Shown: piece after piece, positions 51,600 through 64,000 of the stretch
Numbering within the stretch: the first letter of the stretch is position 1
Layout: every line of letters begins with the position of its first letter
Position numbers and translations under genes: made by a program
Notes under the pieces: model-generated
The model's database searches: none
The model's input: the letters and a program-made list of their open reading frames with translations, nothing else
What the model was told of the DNA's origin: nothing
DNA from: Blasia pusilla
Lineage: Eukaryota
NCBI GenBank assembly: GCA_050084515.1
Contig: CM114271.1
Location: 25,544,001-25,608,000 of the forward strand
Direction: 5' to 3'
Length of the DNA stretch: 64,000 nt

Positions 51600-54080
51600 C
51601 CCGGATCGCCAACCTGGTCTATAAGACATTTGTCTCGACCCAAGAATCCATCCGAAAACCCATCGGGTACAACATCGTCCTCCAACTAGTACATCATACG
51701 ACTCGGCTGATGTGACTACTGCAGATACTCCCAACCGGGAGCTATCAGTCGCATGATCTAGTCTCAACTGTATACAGAAAACTTCTCCGTGTCATGAATT
51801 GAGACCTATCATTGGCTCCTCCAAGTGATGTTTGAATCTGGAATGGGCAAGGCTCAAGCTCTGACCTCCGAATACCCAAACCAATACATGCCGCCTTTCC
51901 CAACATCAAAGGTTGGGCACCAGAGTCTAACAAGACTCTATCTGGTCTATACACCTGTCTTGTAGGACTCACCAATCGGAAGATCCCACTCCGGTTGTCC
52001 AACATACATACACCAGGTGTAAGCCTCTCACGATCAATGGCTGGCCGGGCTGGTAATGCATCCATCTTCGCCGCTGCTGCCTGCCAAGTAGCACCGGGTA
52101 CTCAATGCTACTCTGACATAGAGGGTCGCTCCACCGCAACACCCTCATCCACCTCAACACGTGTAGCAGTAACACCCCCACGTTCACACAACGTGGTTGC
52201 TAACTGAAATACATGAGCTAAGTCAACTCCTAAAGCCATCAGCTCCGTGGCCGAAAACAATGGGGATCCCAACACTGAAGTTGCCATCCGCATATTGCAT
52301 TGATCCGCATCCGTGTCTACTACACGCGATGTAGATGCCTCGATCCCCCCACATTGCCCGCTCAATAGGCTGCGAGGAACCATGGATGGAGTCCTAAGCA
52401 CCTCGAGACAACAAGAATGATGGGAAGCCTAGCGCCTCCCACCTCACCCCTATGTGGGTCCAACTCCACAAGAGCACCACGTGGCTCGACGCTCGAGTGG
52501 CTCCTCTCAGAATCGGTGATGCCTCAACCTCAGGCCGCACTCGCCATATAAGAGAGATCATCCCTCCATAAGAGGTGGAAGCCCTTGCTCCCGAACCTGA
52601 TCTATCTTTGGATACCGACCATAGTAGCCAACTTCTCTGCTCCAATGCTCAATCCTGAAAGCCATAGCCGACTGTCGTAGTGGTAGGGGTAGCCACCGTA
52701 GGCTCTCCAACCACTGGTCCACCTCTACCACCCCTACCACCTCGGCCTCTCGGAGCTACTCCACCATGGCCACGGCCTGATCTCAACTGTGGATGAAGAT
52801 CAAAGCAACGCTCTCGAGGATGACCTAGTCTCCCGCAATGATCACACCTGAGTTGGGGCCTCACTGAGGCCCATCCTCCAAAGTCCGTCTCCCATCCTCT
52901 TGGGGACAAAACTTCCTAACATGATCACCTCCACATGTCCAACATGATCGCCCTTGCTGCAGGGCAGCAAATGAAGGCAATGGTCTTTGCACAAATGTCC
53001 CTCTAGGACTTGACGAGGTCGCGTGTACCCCCACGACTCCCACTACTACTACCACCACCACTACTACGAGGCGTGAGGTGGGGCTTTGAACACGAGAAGT
53101 AGTAGTTGTATCCCCTACTTGAATGCGGATGTCACCACTCTCTCCTTCACCATGTTAAGCTCAATCTTCTCGAGATAGAGCAAACACATGGGTCAATGTG
53201 GGTGAATCATCACTCATAAGAGTAGCATCACGCACCCTACGGCGCAAATCTCTCATCCAAGATCCCATACCAAAACTGGACTGCCTGATCCTCAGTCACA
53301 CCCTGGGTAACTAAAATCAAGCGTCGCATATACGTGTATGCCTCACGAAGACTCTCACCAGTCTTTCGCTCAAAGTCTTGAAGATTCCTCAACTTCTCCG
53401 TCTTCACTCCTTGATAGTTCTTCTTCAACCTCTTGAAGAACTCGCAATCGGGCTAAAGGATGGTGGGGCACTAGTACCCCCACTAGTACCTCCACGGTAC
53501 CCCCACTCCGGCTCGTACTGCGTACCACTCAGTCGAAATTTGGCGGGCATAGTAGGAGCACTACTACCAATACCACCATGGGTGATAGACACATAGCACG
53601 GAGACCAATATTGTCTCCATGCCTCAATCTCAGCAACATGGTCCTTCCTAAACTCATGGTAATCATCCATGGGTGGTCCTTCCAAGTGCTGAAAGAACCC
53701 CTTCCAAGCCAAGAAGGGTGTAAACAACGTGGCGTTCCGCAAGATCTGCATATCACACCACGTATCAAACTCCCCGCATGAAGTCCTCCAACTCAATGGT
53801 ACCCACTGCGCACCGAGTATCGTCGTGGGCCCTTCATGGCCCCATATCCACCGTCCATGTCCCAAATCAATGGAGCTGCAACACTCGATAACAACGTAGA
53901 AGACTCGGTGTTTGGAACACCCTCGTCCTCCTCTTCATCAACCGTCGGAAGTGGAAAAGGTAGCCGATACCTAAATCCACTCCGTGTGAAACCACCACCA
54001 TCCGCACCACGGTCCCCAACCGAGACCACCCGACGACTCCGTGATGACCAACGCCGATGCCGCACCACCACCAAATTACC
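51600..54080 (-). pseudogene. gag and protease of copy C
   Basis: gag core as in copy B, knuckles CWTCGGDHVRKFC and CDHCGRLGHPRERC, an RGG-rich tract, protease VLLDSGAQPLML. Confidence 0.88.
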
Positions 54081-55531
54081 AAGTGATGTCGATGTCGCTA
54101 TACTATTCTAGCTCTACTAGCTATGGGTGTAGGCAACCTAAGTTGTCATCACCACAAGAAAGTCTCCCACAATCTACTCGTCATCCCTCCAGCCTCACTA
54201 CCGGTAGCACACATGAGTAACACTACTCTGGAAATCAGCGTCAACCCTAACAATGGGCGCGCAAGCAAGAAGCACGATGGAGGGGATCCAAACACAGGAA
54301 ATCCAACGACAACCCTCCAATCGCAAATGGAAATCAAGGTAACACAATCCACCAAACGTGGTGCCCTCTGAATCCACAAAACCCACCACACAATTCTAAC
54401 GCAATAGCTACTCCGCCGCGGGTCGATGACGTGCTAGTCGAACTCGCAGCACCTGAAAATATCACCTGCATGGAGAGGCTACACAGTACTATGCGCTAGA
54501 GGTACATCAACCAAAAACCTGAGATGCATAAAGTGCCTAAGACCTCTCCGAGCTACAACAGTCTGTACACTGGCATAGTTAAGAACTCAGCAGTTAAGCG
54601 TCCTCCAGGCAGAATAGCCCAAAGATGGGTGACCAGTTATGCAAAACTCAAATCCTAAATCCTGCAAAAATTGCCTCACGCCCAAGCAAGCAAGCTTGCT
54701 TGCTTGCTCCTTGTCCTTACTCCGCCTCTCACGCCCACTCGCCCCGAGCTACCACGAGTTGCCTCGAAGCCTCAAAACGCCGAGACATGCCCCTATCGCC
54801 CCGTTCGCCATGCTTCGCTAAGGAGAGAGGTCCAACCAGGGCGCCCCCAACGGGATAGGCGTCTCCAAAAATGAACGAGTCACCAATCAACCAGCCCCTC
54901 CGATCCTCTGTCCACCATAGCCAGACCTTGAGCTAGTCCGTGAAATTTCGATCAAAAATTACTTCACAAATACGTGACCGAAATCAAATCTATTTCAATC
55001 AGAATTCAATTGACCACCATAGCTATCTCCTTACAAAAACTCAACTACAACCGAGCTCCGTACTCCGAGCTAAAAATCAGACAAACTTGCTGTCCATACA
55101 CCTCTAGAACCGCAAATCCGGCTAAAGGCTTCCGCCAAGTTTCATGCACGAGAAATCCGCAACGCTCCACGCACTCAAGCAGATAGCTTCACATGAGATC
55201 ACAATACAAGTAGTAATAGGAACCTCTCACCCGATCTGGATGATTCAACAGAGCTTCCGCACTCCAAGCTCTCCACATCAGAAAACTGTCGAACACGACC
55301 AGAATCTTCAATGCTTGATAACTTCCAACTCCCTTGACGAAATCCGGCGATCTACAGCGCGTTGGAAAGCTCTCAGCAAGGCGCTTCTTTCCCAACCAAC
55401 TGCGCACCAGATTCACACCTCCAACATAGGCCACAAGCCACGAACATCCACGGCTGAGTACACAATCAGCCCTAACCAGATCCTACTGATCTACAATCGA
55501 AGCTACCATCAATCTACTCCAGTTCTTTGAG

Positions 55532-55896
55532 TGAAATCCGTGAAAGACCTACTGTCATAAAACACGTTTACAATCACATACAATCAAGCCAAACCCACTC
55601 CACAATGGGAGAATCTAGGTCGAAGCTTGCGGGAAACACCATAGCCAAGAGCTCTACTCACTACCAAGGCTAACTCCCAATAACACGCTCAACTCAAAGA
55701 ATGATCGTTCTTTGAGGGCAAGCCACCTTATATCCTCCAACCTAAGAGCGGGCCCTACTGGGAAAGTCACCCCCAAGTGAGTAACCCCCAACCCTATGTA
55801 TGGAACCGCATCTCTACCAAGCCACTACGGTCCTACATAAGGAATGGCCTCTACCAGCACACCATACTCTACGACATAATCCGTATGGTCATGACA
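55532..55896 (-). repeat. 5' terminal repeat (segment A1) of copy C
   Basis: Direct repeat of 44728-45093; minus strand TGTCATGACC...GGATTTCA. Confidence 0.93.
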
Positions 55897-56208
55897 ACTT
55901 GCTTAGAACAAGCCTCTGCGCTGCACATGAGGACGAGTTTTTCAAGAACATGAATTATGCACAATGCTTATGATTCATTCATAAAGGCCCACACCTGAGT
56001 GCTCAATATGTCAAAGCTTACGATTCAACGCCTCTCTGTTTGAGTTCTTCCGCCAGTTCCTTAAGGCGTCTGATCACATAAGCCGCGTGGGCCTCAACAG
56101 GGTCACACATTTCATTCACATTTTCCATCAAATTCCTTAAAAAAAAAAACAACCTGCATGTCCCATGAACCCATGCCGAATGACATAACACACCACACAA
56201 ACATTTCT

Positions 56209-59200
56209 TTAAGAACCCACGACATCATTAAGTTTCTTTGCAATCTCAATGTTTCCTTCCCATCTTTCTACCCTCATCAAGGGTACATAATGACTTTCGA
56301 CAGCTGTGACAGGTTGAACCGTTCTATTGGGAGCTTCAAAAGCCCCATGGCCATCTAAATTGAACTCCAAAGTATTACTTGATACCCTACGATTCCTCGC
56401 GTGCTTGTGGCACACTACTCGCCATCCGTGCGATGCGTCCATGTCTAGGAAGAAAGCCTGTTCAACTTGACTAGGGAATACAAAAGGTTCGGACCATTCA
56501 GGTTGCATTTGCCTGAAGTTTGCTAGTAAGAATCCATCACTACCACGCTTTATTGTAGCCCTAGCCCCACGCCAATCTGGTCGCACCCAAGTCCCTTTCA
56601 TGAGAATGATAGGATTGGGTGTGTTCCCATAGTCCAAATTCCATATGTCAGTTAGCTCTCCTATGTATCCCATTTGCATCCATCCTCTATCTTGGTGATT
56701 GCTCATTTGCTCGATTACAGATATCAACCCTGAATCATATGTGACAAAATAATCGTCACTTTGATCTACCACACGGCAGTAGTTTCCATAGGCTTGCATT
56801 CTCTTGTAAGCTAAGACGGACATTCGAGGTGGAGCAGAAAGAAGATAGACATCCTGGTCCATATTTGGGTGTAGTGTTGAATGCTCCCGGATGGCCAATC
56901 GAATCCATTATGTGAGTGGTGGAAAGCCCCCCGTACCACCCCCAATATGTGCATTCTTCTCCATATTATATTTCCTGTAGAGGTCATGCCATTATTAGCC
57001 GACCGGTATCTGGTGAGCGACGACATGAAATAAAACAAGGAAGCCAAGTAAATGCAACAACAAGTAGACTTCAGTCATTCAACCCTTTACTTACCTCCAC
57101 CATATGTTGCATTACACTAGTGTTTTGCAACACATATTCATGAGCCATCTGCCAAATATGCCTCGGCAATTGCAATGGGGAACCTCTGCCTTGAAGAACT
57201 TCACCTACAGCTCCCTCATCTTCCTCCACTTGCCATATCCTGGCCTTCACATGTTCAAACCCCGCCATATACTCTATCAAATATCCCAAGGTCTCGTGTG
57301 AAATGTAACCCATTGCCATGCTAGCCTCAGGCATGTATCTTGTCAAGACATGGTCTTTCAAGACTTTCATAAAACGCTCCAGTGGGAACATCCACCTGGT
57401 ATAAACATGCCCATTCTGTCCAAGCTCTTCCACAACCTGGATAACGAGATGAATCATCACATCAAAGAAGGCGGGAGGAAAATGGATCTTCAAATCGCAC
57501 AATAATTCTGCCACATCATCTTTGAGCTTGGGAAAGCTTGTTGGATCAAAGACCTTCACACATATACGACCAAACACCTTGCACAATCATATGATTGCAT
57601 TACAAATCGGCTTCTGCATCAATCCCCTTAAGCATACATGCATAATATGTTGCATAAGCACATGATAATCGTGTGTCTTCATACTACTGAGTTTCTTGTT
57701 TTTTACATGCTTTTTGAAGGCACATGCATAGACGATCGGAACTCTCAAAGATTGAAGCCTCGAAATAAATTTTGTCCACTCTATGTCTGTGCAAACATAA
57801 GGTGCCTGGTATTTCAATACCACATTGGGTTTGTTCTCATCATCCTTTAACCAGAATGGAGAACCTATTCTCCTCTCTTGGAGATCCAATTGCATTGTTG
57901 TGGTGTCCTTCTCCCCAGAAAGGAACCTCAATAGGCTCTCACATACATTTTTCTCACTATGCATTACGTCTAGATTATGTTTGCTAGGGTCGAACTCGTG
58001 TTACACCACATATGACAACCATGAGTACAAATGGATGATAAACGAGCCTCAATTCTTGAAAGCATATGGTGTGGCAAATAATAGACATTGCAACCATGGC
58101 GGATGGGTGACATAGATTACCCGCCAGTAGTCCAACTCCACATCAAGTATGCTCTGCCGTTTCACACCATATCTCTATCATGGATCTCATTGAGCATTTG
58201 GAGCTTCTGTATCTTGGCGTTCCAATCCCCCTATAAACCCACACCTGTGCCTCTTTCCATGTCATACATGGTCTTTTGGTGTCCCCAATCCAGAATCTGC
58301 TCTTTAGTGACTCTTGGAGGTGGACCACGAAGCTCTCAAGCATTGTTGAATTGAACTATCTGTGACGCCCTATGTCTGTAAGGATGATCAAGTGGGAGGA
58401 AACGTCGATGTCTAGTGTATTTCATGCTCCTCAAAGGTCTGGAATGCTCACCATTGAAATTGGGGCCACATGATGTACAAGCCAAATACCCCTTTGTTGC
58501 CTGACCGGAAATCATGCCGTGGGCTGGATAATCTCTCAAAGTCAATACCAATTGGGCTTTTAGCTTGAGTGGGTTTGGTCTCCCAACCCGTTGCACCACA
58601 TCATGGATCCAAATGCCTTTGTACCACAAGCGCTTCAACTCATCCACAAGAGGAGCTATCCAAACATCTATATTCCTAGAAAGAGCAGATTGTGGGCTCG
58701 GGATAAGCAAAACCAATATGACAAAAAACTTCTTAGTAGTCAACCACGGAGGGAGGTTGTAATTCAGCATGGTTTCAGGCCAGCAAGAATATCCATTGTT
58801 CTTGTCTCCGAATGGATTGACTCCATCATTCGAGAGGCCAAGTCTCATGTTCCTTGTCTCTCTTGCAAACTCTGGCCATCTCCGCTCGATGAATCTCCAA
58901 TGTTCTAAATCTCCAATGTGCCACTGCAGGCCATCAATACTCTTGTTCTCGGCTGTCCAAGTCATCAACTTTGAAATATTTGGGCTCTTGTACATCCGTT
59001 TCAATCTAGGAATGATTTCAAAATGTCGAAGTACCTTTGTAGGTTGCATGGACTTGCCCACATTCCTATACCTTTGTTCTCCACATACCGGACAACTTGA
59101 TCAATTTGCATGCTCTCCTATGAAGAGCATATGGCCATCAGGGCAAGCATGAATGGAATTGTAATTCAATCCAAGACTTGACAACAATTTAGTTGCCTCG

Positions 59201-59889
59201 TACTTATTGCCAGGAGCCGTGTTCCCAATAGGAAAGACTGTTGTCTTCAAGAATGCAAGTAACCTTGAAACAAACATAGTTGGGACACCATGATTCCCAC
59301 AGATGTACATCAACATGAGTACAAAGGACAACTTTGTACACTTAGAGCCATGGAACAGAGTCCTGCATGCATCAACAACAGTTTCATGCGACCCAAACAT
59401 CCATCCCTTCTCATCCTCTTCTTGCCCAATATCGTATGCGTCCTCTACAGCCTCTTTGGCCGCATTAGTGACGTCTTCCATGCTCTCAACATCATCATAG
59501 AATGCATCAAGATCTTGGAAGATGTCACGGACCATTCGTTGCACATCAACCCCATGATCAACACTATCACCTTCAGCATCAATCCGTTCATCACGGGTAT
59601 TTTCTTCAAACTCCTCGGGTGTGGTACCTGCCTCACCCGCATCTCAGGCATCGAGGTTGCCCGTTGCTTGTCCCAAAAACTATGCATGTCTAGCCGCATT
59701 GGCAATGTTTGATGTAGACCTCCACTCTTCATCAGATGAGTCCTCATCACCTATAACTCCAGAAACTCTTTTTTCTGGATGCCTTCCATGTTTCTGAAGG
59801 TGAGTGAAAACATTCCGCAAGGCCATTGTGCGAGATCCATTGCAAGCTATACAAGGACAACTCATCCAGTCACTTCTAGAGTGTCCCAC
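56209..59889 (-). pseudogene. CACTA Tnp2/TnpD-type transposase (transposase-associated, Transposase_21, DUF4218 and DUF4216-like parts)
   Basis: CPCIACN..HLQKHG; IHACPDGHMLF; RNMRLGLSNDGVNPF, YNLPPW, DYPAHGMISG; MHSEKNVCESL, MKTHDYHVLMQ; FPPAFFDVMIHL, WMFPLERFMKVLK; EPFVFPSQVEQAFF. Confidence 0.93.
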
Positions 59890-60408
59890 TAGGACTTGCT
59901 CGCGATCCCAAAGTTTGGAATCACGAGCTCTGATCCGTTCTGGATGTTGTAATGGTAACGTGCTTGTTCTAGGTCTGAAGCGGTGTGGAGGATTGCCTAT
60001 GGGTGCATGATGATGAGCATTTTGCCCTCAGTAGGGAGGGCTAGGTGGGACATCCATGAAACCCTAAAGATACCAAAATTCACTATCAACCATAAAAAAA
60101 TATGTTTATAAACTTATAGGGTGGTAACAAAAATGCGCGAGGTTGTTGATATTCCCCACCTTTATACAATTGATTGGCCAACTTGGAATGTAGTCACTGC
60201 ATGTGGACATATTCGAGCAACCTGGTATTGAGGCAAAATCAATGAGACGGAACCCACATTGAATACAAAAATACATGTCTTAGTACATGGTCTATGCACT
60301 ACTTTCACAACTATCCAAATTAGTGGAATCTGTTTCCTCGTCATCTATGGTTTGCCACTCATCTGTAAGCTCCTCCATGTCTCCAAAGACTTGGTTGATC
60401 CGGTATGG

Positions 60409-61200
60409 CTATTTCACTAGTTTATTTCTGATCAAGTCATGTGGACTACTTTCTACCAATTGCCCTAATTCAATGGATTCTTTGACCCAGTTGTAATGAA
60501 GCACATACAGACCTTGAGATGAGACCCAAAAATGAATCAATGTCTTTCCATGATGTCTACAGGCTTTGGAAAAGGATCGGAAAATCAAGTGGGTGGTATT
60601 CCTATCCACCGTGTCATCCACATGCCCACCATATTCTATAAATTTTCTCTTCATCCATGTCAACCTCCATTGAGATATATTGTCAGGGACAAATACTACC
60701 CTCACCGACCAAACATGGTTGGATGTGGAGTGGGTGGCGGACCAGTTGGGAGTGGTTTCCCTTCCCTCACATTCTTCCAATTCAATTTCTTTTCCCTCAG
60801 AATAGCCACCGAGCTTGATTTACTCTTGAATAGATCATGGTCGTCAGGGTCATGCAATCTTCTATCCTAGATGGAGAAGGATAACCAATCTATGTGGACA
60901 TATTTAACACCTCGTTCATTCCTATGGGAATTCAGGATGGTCCATCTGAAATGCTCCAAAAATCTTACCCAATTCCCATAAATTCCATGTGTGGCTTCAC
61001 AGAGACAATCAGTCTCTCTCCCACCCAATTTCACAAAGTTTATCTTAAGCCGACACCATCCATCATAGGACAATTCAAGGGAGGCCATGATGCACGCTAC
61101 AATCCTTGCAAAAAGAGAGGTTGGCATCGTACCCGATGCGCATTCGGGTGAGGTCTAATGACACATTATCACTTTAGAGACACCGCCAGTTGGGAGTGGG
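60409..61200 (-). pseudogene. Two tandem BRCT-like domains
   Basis: FVKLGGRETDCLCEATHGI..VHIDWLSFSI and FIEYGGHVDDTVDRNTTHLIF..LHYNWVKESIELGQLV (GG, THLI and W-x-x-x-S/C hallmarks); a stop separates the two ORFs. Confidence 0.65.
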
Positions 61201-61707
61201 GGAAGCTCAACAATTCTCATATTGGTATTGTGTTGCCAATGGTTTTCCATGATGGACTACCTAGCTCTAAAGCTATACTTGCATGATTGGATATGGCAAT
61301 GGATGATGAATGAATACATAATTCCACCTGCAACCAGACACATCCTAATCAAGAGCCTAATCACAAGAGTCTTTTAGAAACCACCATAATTACATTTCAT
61401 TCTTCCATAACAAAAAAACTGCATAATGTTGATACAAAACCAGATATTATATAGTTTTGCAATTATGGCCATTCGATCAAAATTTCAAAAGATTGGAACT
61501 CTCAAAATCAGAGGGTAGATAATGACGAGTCTCTATACGAAGTCATACCACCTACCTAGTAAGCATGTTTAGAGCCTCGACCCTCTTTACATCAGAAGTG
61601 GCTACCCTGCACTCTCCACCAAAATGCCACGGAATTATGTTCATACACAAATCTCTCATCCGCCTACCTGAAAATCAAATCCATGAAATATGATCTCTCA
61701 AATGAGT

Positions 61708-62843
61708 CTAAAGTGTGGGATCAACTTTGTGATGGTGGCAATAGAACCACCACCTATCCTCACCACATGCACCATGGTCATATATAATCCGATCGCATGC
61801 ATAACCCTTGCTCATAGCCTTCTTCAAGCAAGTCCAATGCCATGCAGTGGGGCACCTAGGACAATAGACCATGTCCTCCCACAACTCCTCATCATGCTTA
61901 TGGCATTCTGGGTAATAATGCATGGGGAAAGACTCCACTCCAGTAGGCAAACAAGTAAAGCAAAAAAACCTCACACAAAAGGTATATGGGCACTTTCTCA
62001 CACGAAATCCCATAATCCTCGCTCTCTGCAAAACTCCCATCTAGACCACAATTGGCACACCTGGCCATTTTCCTCACACAATCTTGGCACAACCAGCTCC
62101 CCTTGTGGTTTGGTAGGAGGTTGACCCCTGGGCAAGAGTTCTCTATAGCCCCCGCTGATTTTGCAGTTGCATGGAAGTGTCTGGCACAAGGCCCGTCGCA
62201 AACAACCAGGTCTTTCCCATGTTGTGCGAATCCACATCGTCATACAACATACATCGTTGACATACCATACTCACATACATATATATCATAGACGAGAGCA
62301 TCCACAAACACAAGTGTACCACAACTGAAATCCGTGAAAGACCTACTTTCATAAAACACGTATAGAATCACATACAATCGAGCCAAACCCATTACACGAT
62401 GGGAGAATCCAGGTCAAAGCTTGCGGGAACCACCATAGCCAAGAGCTCTACTCACTATCAAGGCTAACTACCAAGGCAATAGGCTCAACTCAAAGAACTA
62501 ACTGTTCTTTGAGTGCACTCCACACTATATCCTCCAACCTAAGAGCGGGCCCTACTGGAAAAGTCACCCTCAACTCAGTAAACCCCAACCCTATGTATGA
62601 AACCGCATCTCTACCTAGACACTACGGCCCTACATAAGGTATGGCCTCTATTAGCATACTATACTCTACGACATAATCCGTATGGTCATGATACCCATCA
62701 TCACAGATTGCACAAATGTGGGTTGCCTTTTGCAAAACCTGGAGTGCACTATATGGCGCATAAGTGCTCATCTTGAGGGTTTTCTTGGCCTCGTATTTCG
62801 GGCGCGCCATCCTTGTACTCGTACATTTTGAGACAAAAGACAA
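61708..62843 (-). pseudogene. EDM2/NSD-type multi-PHD finger ORF interrupted by solo D
   Basis: Removing 62220-62693 and one TSD gives HICAICDDGKDLVVCDGPCARHFHAT..WLCQDCVRKMARCANCG, then RKCPYTFCVRFFCFTCL..CPRCPTAWHWTCL after a frameshift. Confidence 0.8.
62220..62693 (-). mobile_element. Solo terminal repeat D (A-gt-B) of the Gypsy-DNMT family
   Basis: Matches 44622-45093 end to end; 4-bp TSD CCCA at 62216-62219 and 62694-62697. Confidence 0.95.
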
Positions 62844-63299
62844 TAAGATTACTATTAGGTGTAGAAATTCAATGGATCTTGAATGTCCATGATTCAGGCA
62901 TGGAAAAAAAAAGGCTATAAAATGGATGTCAATGCATGTGGAGGTTACCTATTGCCTTCACGATACTCGGATTTCCAATAGTCAAACCTTTCGTACCTGT
63001 ACATAGAACAAGTTAAAGTTAAGTAGCATAAGAAGCAATAATTTCTACAGAAATCATTACTTCTTATTAATTATTTGGTTGCATACATCCCCGTAATAGC
63101 GTCTTTTATCGTCCAAGGTCAAGAGTGTACACACACCATGCCCCCTCAAAATAAGCCCAATTCCCTCAATGAAGACAAATATCGTGCCTCAATTCATGAT
63201 TGGCAACCATGGATCCTGTTATTGTCTTCATGTTTATAATGACAAATGTTATCCGTCTGCCATATGAGGGGCCTCAAGTTAGGCTATGGATCTTACTCG

Positions 63300-63855
63300 T
63301 TACCATACTGCAGCATCACGACATATGTTTAGGCAACATATGCAAACTTTCCCAAAAATTGTTCTACGACTTGAGCGAATGCATACTAAGTCCCCCGAGG
63401 TTACAACTTCCCAAGTATTACAATACTCAAGAGTAACCTCTACCGTGTGGCCACCAATAGAACGTGCATATTCAATGATGGCTCGTGCCTTCCTAACAAT
63501 GGGATGATCCTCCCTAGGGAGAATCCCCCTTGCATCATGACAGATATGAAGAGTGATTTTGCAGGTGAACCCAAGCATTAGCCATGCTAATAGTGCTTCT
63601 CTATCCTCCCTCCACATAACAATATCTACAAATCGGACATACACGTGGCAATCTTCTAAGCGGGAATAGCCAATTCCTAATATGCCTTTGTTGCCTATTT
63701 GGGGTCCAATAACGGTCAGAGTAAGTATGAAAGTAACAAATGTTTTCCCTTGCAGATTCTGGGAGGGCAAGGATACGGTCCAAGAGACTAGTAGGCATGA
63801 TCATGGTAAAGATCTTGACCTTCACTTCAAAAGGAAGGCTCCTTAATCTGGACAA
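63300..63855 (-). pseudogene. ORF pair with F-box-like N-terminus
   Basis: LRSLPFEVKVKIF fits the LPxE..xIF F-box start; continues after an apparent frameshift into 63300-63770. Confidence 0.3.
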
Positions 63856-64000
63856 AAAGTACCCTTAGTCATTTTGAACCATTGTTTGGAAAGAAACACC
63901 CGCCATCACTCTGATGCCATCCAGAGACATGAAGGATGTTACATTCCTAAGACTTCTCTTTCCATAGTGCACAAGGCTACAATTGCCCGGTATTCAATGA

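Larger units (their letters stand above)
44622..55896 (-). mobile_element. Full-length Gypsy-DNMT-PHD retrotransposon copy C with split direct repeats
   Basis: 4-bp TSD ACTT at 44618-44621 and 55897-55900; TG..CA termini; A1 55532-55896, B1 45096-45202, A2 44728-45093, B2 44622-44728; full gag-pol domain set. Confidence 0.95.
40381..60060 (-). mobile_element. CACTA/EnSpm DNA transposon (other end not seen; may extend past the window), containing nested copy C
   Basis: Terminal CACTAGTACAAAAA at 40381, subterminal repeats, TnpA-like and Tnp2/TnpD-like ORFs on the minus strand. Confidence 0.85.

Noticed and set aside
44749-55896. Conventional LTR pair 44749-45093 and 55553-55896 (TGTCAT..ATGACA)
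   Set aside because: No TSD at these ends, the PPT is not adjacent to it, homology extends 21 bp further, and the real TSD lies outside B2

Overview
Repeat-dense plant chromosomal DNA with no intact host gene that I can support. A non-seed land plant such as a bryophyte is my guess, from the plant-type HSP70 intron, the CRE-clade LINEs and the transposon mix. The window holds three decayed copies and one solo repeat of a Ty3/Gypsy LTR retrotransposon: A 1-4380 (-), B 4381-11538 (+), C 44622-55896 (-) and solo D 62220-62693. Its polyprotein order is gag-protease-DNMT3-like cytosine methyltransferase-RT-RNaseH-integrase-PHD finger. The most unusual feature is the end structure. Element C, bounded by a 4-bp TSD, is not LTR-internal-LTR but A-internal-PPT-B-gc-A-gt-B (split direct repeats). 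That is what a 2-LTR circle opened at an internal palindromic CA-GC-TG site would look like. Solo D (A-gt-B, own 4-bp TSD), the 5' end of B and a second diverged family at 39381-40380 fit the same geometry. The family appears to self-prime. Also present: a CRE-like REL non-LTR element plus a short copy, a decayed Helitron, a large CACTA/EnSpm element with neighbouring BRCT, EDM2-like PHD and F-box-like ORFs, an HSP70 fragment, MITE-like elements and microsatellites. All calls come from reading motifs by eye, and some frameshifts could be assembly errors.
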